IMG/VR virus record: IMGVR_UViG_3300027798_000016 | Span: 32,001 to 96,000 of that record | DNA length: 64,000 bases | Direction: 5' to 3' (one strand) | Origin: a virus | In this document: piece after piece, positions 57,213 through 64,000 of the stretch | Layout of the letters: every line of letters starts with the position of its first letter | How positions within the stretch are numbered: position 1 is the first letter of the stretch | The notes under the pieces: model-generated | What the model saw: only the letters and a program-made list of their open reading frames with translations | Told to the model about the DNA's origin: nothing | Databases searched by the model: none | Program-made: the position numbers and the translations under genes

Positions 57213-57354
57213 CCTGTTTTTGGTTCTTAGCGGTTCTTTTGTAGACTTTTTTGCTGTCCACAACTTTGGCCCTAAAAGGACTGTCAGCATGGTACAGCTC
57301 AATAGCTCTACGCTTTGGCGCTTTAAACTTTAAAGTAAGGATCGTCCGTTTCAT
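57190..57354 (-). CDS. Small basic protein, weak ArfA-like motif
   Basis: SPFRAKVVDSKKVYKRTAKN; directly after a sigma70-type promoter. Confidence 0.5.
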   Translation of the reverse strand: MKRTILTLKFKAPKRRAIELYHADSPFRAKVVDSKKVYKRTAKNQKQVDKDLGL

Positions 57355-57363
57355 AGTGTTACT

Positions 57364-57392
57364 ATTATATGGCAACTAGAGCCAAGAGTCAA
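57364..57392 (-). promoter_or_regulatory. sigma70-type promoter
   Basis: AAAAACAGG-TTGACT-N17-TATAAT. Confidence 0.85.
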
Positions 57393-57437
57393 CCTGTTTT
57401 TTAACTATTTTTGTTGTATTTTTACAACATCTATTGC

Positions 57438-57872
57438 TTAATTTTTAAGCAGAAATAGCGTTTTTGCTTGCTTTAGTATGGAACTCATACGCACAAAGTT
57501 AGTGCTCACTAACTCTAACAGCTCGTCAGCTGGATTAGATGATGTACTGGCCATGCCAAATGCAATTTCTCCCATGTCAGCAAAGTATTTTGGATTTGGC
57601 CATCTTGGTTGCTTGATGCCCCATCCATCAATGAACAAGCATTCTTCTCCAATCTCTCGCATTATTGGTTTTCGCTTGATGCCTGGCAAGGCCTGTGCGC
57701 TTAGAATTTTAATGGCAATTGGTTCGTTCCAAATATCAGTGCGTTCCATTGTGCGAGCAATGGTGTGAACTAAAAATGCCTCTATATCAGGCTCTAAAAA
57801 AGTCTGACTAGCACCCTGGGCTTCTACAACAATTTCCCACCCGGCTCTAACATATGGTTGCCAATTTTGCAT
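57438..57872 (-). CDS. Hypothetical protein
   Basis: Start MQNWQ lies 5 nt after TAAATA. Confidence 0.7.
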   Translation of the reverse strand: MQNWQPYVRAGWEIVVEAQGASQTFLEPDIEAFLVHTIARTMERTDIWNEPIAIKILSAQALPGIKRKPIMREIGEECLFIDGWGIKQPRWPNPKYFADMGEIAFGMASTSSNPADELLELVSTNFVRMSSILKQAKTLFLLKN

Positions 57873-57907
57873 GTTGATATTTATTGGATGCAGAGAAGTT
57901 ACCGGCA

Positions 57908-58291
57908 CTAACCTTTGCCTTGTGCTTTTCGACTCAGCCCATCTAACCATAATATGATATCTTCATTGACCAATCGAATTTCCATTGCGTCTTGTTCTCC
58001 AAAGATGCGAAAGTAGCCGGCACCATGATAGTATGGCCAATCGAGATGTCGCTCTAGACCTATTAGGTGACCAGGCTTGGGACTCCAACCAACAGGACAT
58101 TGATAAGACCAATACCTAAAATGAGGCCGCATCAGTTCCCAACCGAAACTGGTTAACCGAAGTCCTTTTTGACGGCCTGGTTGATAATTTTTAAACACCG
58201 TGTAAGGCGTTATCTTAGTGCTTGCCCAAATGTGCGGAACAGGGTACTGAGCCAGGTACTCAGTGATCTTTAAAGGAATTTCCTTGCTCAT
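57908..58291 (-). CDS. Hypothetical protein
   Basis: 127-aa ORF overlapping the upstream gene end. Confidence 0.65.
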   Translation of the reverse strand: MSKEIPLKITEYLAQYPVPHIWASTKITPYTVFKNYQPGRQKGLRLTSFGWELMRPHFRYWSYQCPVGWSPKPGHLIGLERHLDWPYYHGAGYFRIFGEQDAMEIRLVNEDIILWLDGLSRKAQGKG

Positions 58292-58571
58292 TGATACGGC
58301 GCCCTTGTTTTAATTCAACAACTGAAAAATCTTCAACTTTGAACATTTTATTCAAACGATCGGCAAGGTTAAAAGCATGACCTGGATTAGAGAAGCTGAC
58401 TTTTTTGTATTTAGGCCCTGGATAACTTACCAGGCTATTTAGAGTGCGAAGATTGATGGGCTTATCTTTGTAGAATACAGCATAGATAGCATCAGCCGCA
58501 AGCACTTCCTCACTCTTGTATGTGCGAGGGTTTGTATTGGTTAGGAGGATGGTTGGCTTGGGTCTGGACAT
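58260..58571 (-). CDS. Hypothetical protein
   Basis: Start MSRPK lies 5 nt after TAAATA; contains YPGPKYKKVSFSNPGHA. Confidence 0.75.
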   Translation of the reverse strand: MSRPKPTILLTNTNPRTYKSEEVLAADAIYAVFYKDKPINLRTLNSLVSYPGPKYKKVSFSNPGHAFNLADRLNKMFKVEDFSVVELKQGRRINEQGNSFKDH

Positions 58572-58619
58572 GCAGTTATTTATCAAAACAGCATATTTAA
58601 TGACTGGATAAACTACCGC

Positions 58620-58985
58620 TTAAATGAATTCTTTGGCTCTGAAAGATTTTAGATTTTTACCAGTTAATACCATACAACTTATACTGGTTTTACTTGCATC
58701 TGCTGTCATTCCAGATGCAACTATAGTCCAATTGCCTGTAGACTTACTGGCCCATATGGTCATTAATAAATTTAGTGTGTCAACTTCACCGGTAACAATG
58801 AGCTCTTCGCCAACACTGGCCAATGCACCTATGACTTCTTCGCTGGTAGAACAAGTCCATGGAACATTGGTTTGAAAGGCTGCGGCCAACACTGGCAAGC
58901 ACTTTAATGCTAGGTATAGTACCAGTGCAATTACTGCAAACTTAGTTATAACTGGCCGCCAGCCAGTCTGTGTGTTGTTGAGCAT
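58620..58985 (-). CDS. Putative exported/membrane-anchored protein
   Basis: Hydrophobic N-terminal segment and Cys residues; start uncertain. Confidence 0.5.
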   Translation of the reverse strand: MLNNTQTGWRPVITKFAVIALVLYLALKCLPVLAAAFQTNVPWTCSTSEEVIGALASVGEELIVTGEVDTLNLLMTIWASKSTGNWTIVASGMTADASKTSISCMVLTGKNLKSFRAKEFI

Positions 58986-59925
58986 TATCCGAAGCCTTCT
59001 GTAAACCATATTTACCACAGAACTTCATAAAATGCGGCCCTACACTGGGATACTTTTCTTTTTGCACAGCTTCGGCAATACCTTGATCCAGTACAGCCTT
59101 GATGTTATCAGGTTGTGCTGTTAGGTCAATGATGGCTCGGTTTCGTTCGTAATCATCTCTAACCAAGTGTTCGACTTCTTCATGGTCGGTCCAACGCTGA
59201 AGCATGAGATTGTTCCACATGAAGCCTTTGTTATGACGATCTGCAAAAGCTTCTATTAGACCAACTTTATTCTTTGAACCTTTTGTACGCACTCCAGGAA
59301 ACGCTGAGAAGATGTTGTCACTGGTATCACCACGCATGCACTTTTCAAACAGCAACCATTCTGGATCAGGAGCAGGCTTTACTTCTTTGGTCTTTTTATC
59401 AACAATGGTCTTGCCCTTGTCATCAAAGTAACCTTCGTGCGTGGTCAGCACTCCGGCAATGCCATTATATAACTGAACATTGGGAGCCACCAACTGTTCA
59501 AAGTCGCCATCACTTGAAACAATAATATGGTTGTCACTGGGATGCAGTTGTATCCAACGGGCAATAAAATCATCAGCTTCGCATACAGGATTACGCAATA
59601 CTGTCACATTGGTGCGAGTACTGATGTATTCGTAAAACTTATCAAAGCTTTCCCAGAAGAGTTTTTCTTCTTCGGCTTCCTTGACTGTGTGCTTGGCTCG
59701 GGCATCAGACCGTTGTGCCTTGTAAGGTTTATAAACATCCTTACGCCAGCTTCTTCCTTCGAAGCAGAACACCACATGCTGTCCCTTGCGCTCTCGCCAC
59801 TGTTTAAGCACAGCGGCCAGAATAATATGATAACTCATGGCAACTCGTTCTTCAGGATCACCAGAACGGATCACATGACGGGCACGGAAGAAGAGATTAG
59901 CGGCATCAACAATTAAATAGCTCAT
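58942..59925 (-). CDS. rnh: T4 RNase H-like 5'-3' exonuclease/flap endonuclease
   Basis: LIVDAANLFFR, SWRKDVYKPYKAQR, EADDFIA, SSDGDFEQL and GDTSDNI. Confidence 0.92.
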   Translation of the reverse strand: MSYLIVDAANLFFRARHVIRSGDPEERVAMSYHIILAAVLKQWRERKGQHVVFCFEGRSWRKDVYKPYKAQRSDARAKHTVKEAEEEKLFWESFDKFYEYISTRTNVTVLRNPVCEADDFIARWIQLHPSDNHIIVSSDGDFEQLVAPNVQLYNGIAGVLTTHEGYFDDKGKTIVDKKTKEVKPAPDPEWLLFEKCMRGDTSDNIFSAFPGVRTKGSKNKVGLIEAFADRHNKGFMWNNLMLQRWTDHEEVEHLVRDDYERNRAIIDLTAQPDNIKAVLDQGIAEAVQKEKYPSVGPHFMKFCGKYGLQKASDNAQQHTDWLAASYN

Positions 59926-59931
59926 GTAGTT

Positions 59932-59960
59932 ATTGTAGCAGATGCTACCCTCAAAGTCAA
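59932..59960 (-). promoter_or_regulatory. sigma70-type promoter giving a probably leaderless rnh mRNA
   Basis: TTGACT-N17-TACAAT, with the ATG 6 nt downstream and no Shine-Dalgarno. Confidence 0.75.
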
Positions 59961-60280
59961 GATTGATTTTTTGTTTTTTCGTTTGTGGCAACACGGCCAC
60001 CGTCTGCTATAAAATCAGTAGTGGCTTGTCCGTCTTGACCCACATTACGACATAGGTCCGTGAACCATGCATCTACAATTTCTTCGGGAGCCATACCAGT
60101 ATACCCACTTTTTCTAAGGAATATAACAAAGGCAGGATTCCATTCCAATTCAAAGTAACCTGATTTTGGATTATTTGGATCCACATGTGCTTTGATAACA
60201 TTCACCCACGGCTCGGTACTATCACGCATTGACTTTGCTGTGTCTTTACTTTTAAATTTACTTTTTAACCAGTTAAACAT
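59957..60280 (-). CDS. Hypothetical protein
   Basis: 107-aa ORF; contains EPWVNV...GYFELEWN. Confidence 0.7.
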   Translation of the reverse strand: MFNWLKSKFKSKDTAKSMRDSTEPWVNVIKAHVDPNNPKSGYFELEWNPAFVIFLRKSGYTGMAPEEIVDAWFTDLCRNVGQDGQATTDFIADGGRVATNEKTKNQS

Positions 60281-60470
60281 ATTTTTCTTCTCGTTCTTTT
60301 AATTTAATCAAAACTTGTTCTCTCCATTCAACTGTTTCGCTATACCAACTAATTCGTTCTTCGTCGGTTCTAAAACAGCCAATGCACATTCCTTCACCAT
60401 CTGTTGCACAAATGCCTACGCATGGGTTGGTGTTGTTTGCATGCTCATCCGGCCCTGTCGAGGTAGTCAT
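60273..60470 (-). CDS. DUF1289-family Cys-rich putative Fe-S protein
   Basis: NPCVGIC...MCIGCFRTDEERISW. Confidence 0.75.
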   Translation of the reverse strand: MTTSTGPDEHANNTNPCVGICATDGEGMCIGCFRTDEERISWYSETVEWREQVLIKLKEREEKYV

Positions 60471-60732
60471 GTTGGTGCTCATCAATTGAAATCTTCTTCT
60501 TTGGTTTAAATAATGCGGCTAACTGGTGCAACTTAGAATCAACATTCTTAGGCTGAATCAAGGACCTTGGAGCATAACCGGCGTATCTAACACTTTGTAA
60601 AGCATTAGATACACCACAGAGTTTACACACATCTTCCAATTGGAGGGTGCTAATAACATTGTTAGAAAAACAAAGATGTTTCCAAGTTGCCATAATGTTA
60701 TATATCCTTAAAATGTCAATTAAATTACTCAT
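60445..60732 (-). CDS. Hypothetical protein
   Basis: ORF in the operon; an alternative start at 60693 follows TATATA-N5. Confidence 0.45.
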   Translation of the reverse strand: MSNLIDILRIYNIMATWKHLCFSNNVISTLQLEDVCKLCGVSNALQSVRYAGYAPRSLIQPKNVDSKLHQLAALFKPKKKISIDEHQHDYLDRAG

Positions 60733-61076
60733 TTACTATTCTTAAAATTCTTTACATCTTTGATTGCAATCTTCAAAGTCTCTGCATAATTAAGAGCCTG
60801 TTGTTCTCGCATGATAATACTGGCTTCATATTCAATGTATCCTCGAGTCAGTAAAGTCCATATCTTTTGCCAACGATTCAATGCCCACCACTTGCTTTTT
60901 TGTTGTGTGTATGTTGTTACAGTAACGCCGGTATCATCAGCTTCAATCCACACATTATGATCGTGATTATCATCTCCACATTCACATACCACTTGATAGG
61001 TCATGGCGTCGCCCCAATCGCTTCTCTTCAATATACCTTCTGCTGGTATTTGCGCTTTTAATGTGTTAGTAGCCAT
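60729..61076 (-). CDS. Hypothetical protein with CxC-x5-H motif
   Basis: VVCECGDDNHDH; AAGGA upstream. Confidence 0.65.
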   Translation of the reverse strand: MATNTLKAQIPAEGILKRSDWGDAMTYQVVCECGDDNHDHNVWIEADDTGVTVTTYTQQKSKWWALNRWQKIWTLLTRGYIEYEASIIMREQQALNYAETLKIAIKDVKNFKNSK

Positions 61077-61282
61077 ATCAAATGTTCCTTTTTGTCATGA
61101 TAACGAAATTCAACAACTGCTTCTTTTGTGCCAGCCCATATAACTACACCTTCCACTGCATATCTCAACCACAGCAACTTTCCTGTTAGTTCACATCTGC
61201 GTGGCTTCCAAAGAAATCTTGATTTCCAAAATGCTTTATCGTGAAAGGAAGACATCTGCGTACGACTGTAATAAAACGGCAA
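61058..61282 (-). CDS. Hypothetical protein
   Basis: 74-aa W-rich ORF directly after queE. Confidence 0.5.
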   Translation of the reverse strand: MPFYYSRTQMSSFHDKAFWKSRFLWKPRRCELTGKLLWLRYAVEGVVIWAGTKEAVVEFRYHDKKEHLIWLLTH

Positions 61283-62152
61283 TCACTTGCCCCAACCATT
61301 GGACCAAATGTCAACATGCAACCTGGGACTGTAACGATAGCCTCTGGCCAGTGCTTCATCAGCAATGTGTCTTGTGTTAGAAAAGTATGCTTTGTCTGTG
61401 CCGCCTACCGGCATCACATAAACTTGTCCACCAAAGCCTGCCGCACGGTATTCACTAACAGCTTGATCAACCTCATCAAAGTCTTTGATGTTTTCAATTA
61501 CAAATTTTAAATAAGTGTAGCCAAGTGTTTGATATTCAACAACTACATCAGGTTTAATTGCATCCGCCCACTGCTCACCACTGGAAGTCAGCTTGGGGCT
61601 AACACTAAATGTAAGGTAGTCTCGGTCTCGGCCAAACCTTGTCCATTCTTCAAACAGATAGGTATGGAAATCATCATGTAACTTTTGAGTACCATTTGTT
61701 TCAAATGTCAAATTGGCCAGATCACTCATACGACTATTGCCTAACAATGCAGGATACAATTGTTGCCAACCCAGCAATGGCTCACCACCAGTAATGACCA
61801 AATGTACATCATTGCCATTGTTTTGTTCCCAGTGATTGTTGGGTGTCAAGTCTAACATGGCATCAATTGCCTGCTCAACACTATAGTTAGGACTTAGATG
61901 TTTGAATGCAGGATGCCAACTGGCGTAACTGTCACAACCGGTATTGGCCAGTGGCAAGTCATTGAAGGTTGGATACAGGTGTACCACCTTGCCAATGTCA
62001 TCTGGCTCTGTGGTCTTTTCACCTGTGGGCAGACCAAAGCCTGCACACTTAAAGTTACAACCAAATGTTCTAAAGAACACACTGGGTACGCCAACAAAGC
62101 GACCTTCGCCTTGTGCGCTGTAAAATATTTCGCTTACTTTAAATTCATTCAT
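61283..62152 (-). CDS. queE: 7-carboxy-7-deazaguanine synthase (radical SAM)
   Basis: EIFYSAQGEG...G.PSVFFRTFGCNFKC...CDS, VITGGEPLL, ETNGT, SVSPKL and RLHVDIW. Confidence 0.88.
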   Translation of the reverse strand: MNEFKVSEIFYSAQGEGRFVGVPSVFFRTFGCNFKCAGFGLPTGEKTTEPDDIGKVVHLYPTFNDLPLANTGCDSYASWHPAFKHLSPNYSVEQAIDAMLDLTPNNHWEQNNGNDVHLVITGGEPLLGWQQLYPALLGNSRMSDLANLTFETNGTQKLHDDFHTYLFEEWTRFGRDRDYLTFSVSPKLTSSGEQWADAIKPDVVVEYQTLGYTYLKFVIENIKDFDEVDQAVSEYRAAGFGGQVYVMPVGGTDKAYFSNTRHIADEALARGYRYSPRLHVDIWSNGWGK

Positions 62153-62417
62153 ATATACTAGACCATTTCTTTAGTTTCTCAAACTTGGCTTGCTTTGCGG
62201 CTTCCATGCCTTCAACTGTCACTACACCTAACGATTGTAACAGGTCTACCATGGCAAGTAAATCACCAATTTCACCTTCTAAGTGCTGTGCATTAGTTAG
62301 CGGCTTGCCCGGCTTCATATTGTCCAAGCCAAAACGATTGCATTTGCTAACGGCCTGAATCACCTCAGCACATTCTTCACTTAGAATGTTCATTACTTCG
62401 TATAGTTTATTGTCCAT
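62145..62417 (-). CDS. MazG-like pyrophosphatase
   Basis: LSEECAEVIQAVSK...LEGEIGDLL; start placed at MDNKL. Confidence 0.7.
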   Translation of the reverse strand: MDNKLYEVMNILSEECAEVIQAVSKCNRFGLDNMKPGKPLTNAQHLEGEIGDLLAMVDLLQSLGVVTVEGMEAAKQAKFEKLKKWSSIYE

Positions 62418-62610
62418 TTTTAAAATCCATGTGTGGTGCAATATCATTGTCAAAAATTTGGGCCATCTGATTCCACAGAGACTTGGCTTCTTCATCAGTG
62501 ATGCCAGCTTCAAACATTCCACCATGAGGTTCAGATCCTCCTTTGCGAAGTCCGTAATCATGCCTAAATGTATAGCACATGCCGGTTATAATCTGTAATC
62601 TATTTTTCAT
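62407..62610 (-). CDS. Hypothetical protein
   Basis: GGAGG Shine-Dalgarno and TAATG coupling to the upstream gene. Confidence 0.65.
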   Translation of the reverse strand: MKNRLQIITGMCYTFRHDYGLRKGGSEPHGGMFEAGITDEEAKSLWNQMAQIFDNDIAPHMDFKNGQ

Positions 62611-63470
62611 TATACCTCCAATACAATGTTAGGATTCCAACCTGTGCGTTCGCTGTAACCATCGTTTTCATACCCACGAGGGTTACATACAATACGAGTA
62701 TCACCAATCATGTAATCAAACGGATGATGGGTGTGACCATGTGTCCACAACGCAATCTGCGGATGATCCAGAATGAACTCACTCAACTCACTGTGGTAGC
62801 CACCGTTCATTGCACGATCGTTCGCATACAGTTGATGACAGCTTTGAAAGCTTGGGCTATGATGACCAACTACCACAACCTTTTTGTCCTTGTGTTCTTG
62901 CACAATATGCTTGATATAGCCCAGCGTCTTATCGTGACGAATAGCAACATCCAACGCACTCATGGTGGCATAGTTTCGTCGATCATTCCGAATGATACGG
63001 AAGTCGTTCATCATACCTTCAATGGCATGCATGGTCAGCGGATCACGCCGGTTCATATCAGTCCACAAGGTACCACCAACAAACACAACATCATTGATGA
63101 TCTTCATGTCTTGTTCCAACATGTAAATGTTAGGGTACCGGGCCAGTTCCTCACGCATGTAGTCAATGCCCGCAAAGAACTTACCGTTGTAAAATTCGTG
63201 ATTGCCCATAATGTAAATCACATGTGGGAACTGAAAACTACAACGCTTAAAAAAATCTCTAAAACGCTGTGCGGCCTGCTGTCTGCGACCCAGTCCAGTG
63301 CCATTGGCAATGGCCGCTTGCTCGCTGGTATTGCTGGGTTCGGGGTGGTCGTGCAGATCCTGGGCAATACAAATATCACCGCCCAAAATTAAAACATCAC
63401 AGTTGTCATTGTTGTTAATATGAACATCTGAAAATTCTAAGTGTAAATCACTAACCAGCTTTATCTTCAT
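62610..63470 (-). CDS. Calcineurin-like metallophosphoesterase
   Basis: SDLHLE, GGDI, GNHE, GHHSP, HGHTH and NPRGY. Confidence 0.92.
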   Translation of the reverse strand: MKIKLVSDLHLEFSDVHINNNDNCDVLILGGDICIAQDLHDHPEPSNTSEQAAIANGTGLGRRQQAAQRFRDFFKRCSFQFPHVIYIMGNHEFYNGKFFAGIDYMREELARYPNIYMLEQDMKIINDVVFVGGTLWTDMNRRDPLTMHAIEGMMNDFRIIRNDRRNYATMSALDVAIRHDKTLGYIKHIVQEHKDKKVVVVGHHSPSFQSCHQLYANDRAMNGGYHSELSEFILDHPQIALWTHGHTHHPFDYMIGDTRIVCNPRGYENDGYSERTGWNPNIVLEV

Positions 63471-63744
63471 TGTCGTCCTCAAGCTTTGCAATAGAGTTTA
63501 ATCCGTTAATTGGAATACCATCTTCGTCCACAATAGCAAAACCATCAAAGATAAATCCAGCACCTTTACAGAAATCCGAAAATGCTTGTAAAATTTCTTC
63601 TAAGTTGTCGTGATTGTGATCTAATACAAGTTTCCTAATACCATCATTGTAGCATATTAACCATTGCGTGTCAAGCGAATGTTTTTCAATATCGGCCATG
63701 GACCGCAATGCTTTTTTAATTGATTCCCAGTCCTTATGTGCCAT
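63451..63744 (-). CDS. Hypothetical protein
   Basis: ORF between the dehydrogenase and phosphoesterase genes; start uncertain. Confidence 0.5.
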   Translation of the reverse strand: MAHKDWESIKKALRSMADIEKHSLDTQWLICYNDGIRKLVLDHNHDNLEEILQAFSDFCKGAGFIFDGFAIVDEDGIPINGLNSIAKLEDDNEDKAG

Positions 63745-64000
63745 TGGGTCGCATTTCTCTATTGATATCACTAATGGCACGGATCAAGTCAATATGGATT
63801 CCAGACTTGACCAAGGCCGCTTCAAAGGTCCTGACATCTTTGGGGAAGCATTTGCCGCCATATCCGGCTTGTCCATCAGGACCAGGACTTTGCCAATGAC
63901 TTGATCCTAGTCGACCCTCTGATTGCAGTAACCGTTGCACTATCTCATATGAAGCCGCATTTTTCTCGCACAGTTGTCTTACTTGATTGGCAAAGATCAC
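63734..64000 (-). CDS. UDP-glucose/GDP-mannose dehydrogenase family, 3' end (runs off the window)
   Basis: PGPDGQAGYGGKCFPKD, containing the catalytic Cys motif. Confidence 0.85.
   Translation of the reverse strand: MIFANQVRQLCEKNAASYEIVQRLLQSEGRLGSSHWQSPGPDGQAGYGGKCFPKDVRTFEAALVKSGIHIDLIRAISDINREMRPNGT

Noticed and set aside
60691-60719. sigma70 promoter from TTGACA at 60714-60719 (-)
   Set aside because: No acceptable -10 at 16-18 nt spacing.
62724-63392. 222-aa plus-strand ORF
   Set aside because: Fully antisense to a clear metallophosphoesterase gene.
1-64000. Stop-codon reassignment as seen in some jumbo phages
   Set aside because: Known genes are intact in the standard code, including a 3696-aa ORF, coding density is high, and TAA, TGA and TAG all appear as gene ends.
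1-64000. tRNA genes, inteins, diversity-generating retroelement
   Set aside because: No cloverleaf with T-loop consensus noticed in the gaps, no intein-sized insertions in the conserved enzymes, and no reverse transcriptase or template/variable repeat pair. Checked by eye only.

Overview
This window is a 64-kb segment of a large T4-related (jumbo-type) myovirus genome in the standard genetic code. I found no tRNA, rRNA, CRISPR array, integrase or transposase. Left to right it holds: head genes (gp21-like protease, acidic core protein, gp20 portal), a tape measure gene, a divergent gp26-like/tail-chaperone pair joined by a probable -1 frameshift, and a ~650-bp structured non-coding block behind a minimal GIY-YIG nuclease. 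Next come gp46/gp47, a gp55-like late sigma factor and a long baseplate operon (gp54-, gp53-, hub-, gp5-, gp25- and gp6-like genes plus a 3696-aa wedge protein). A virion protein with a (GGY)21 insert is followed by a ~14-kb tailoring cluster: five GT-A-type proteins, a methyltransferase, two cupin oxygenases, two Asn-synthetase-like PP-loop ATPases, two GNAT-like proteins, two membrane di-iron desaturases/hydroxylases and an ATP-grasp remnant, with thyX embedded. The right end is an early/middle region (MoxR-VWA pair, RNase H, QueE, MazG-like, phosphoesterase, UDP-glucose dehydrogenase). Two promoter classes can be read directly: sigma70-type TTGACN-N17-TANANT and late TAA(A/G)TA, the latter often exactly 5 nt before an ATG with no Shine-Dalgarno, implying leaderless mRNAs. 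All protein calls come from motif recognition by eye, not database searches.
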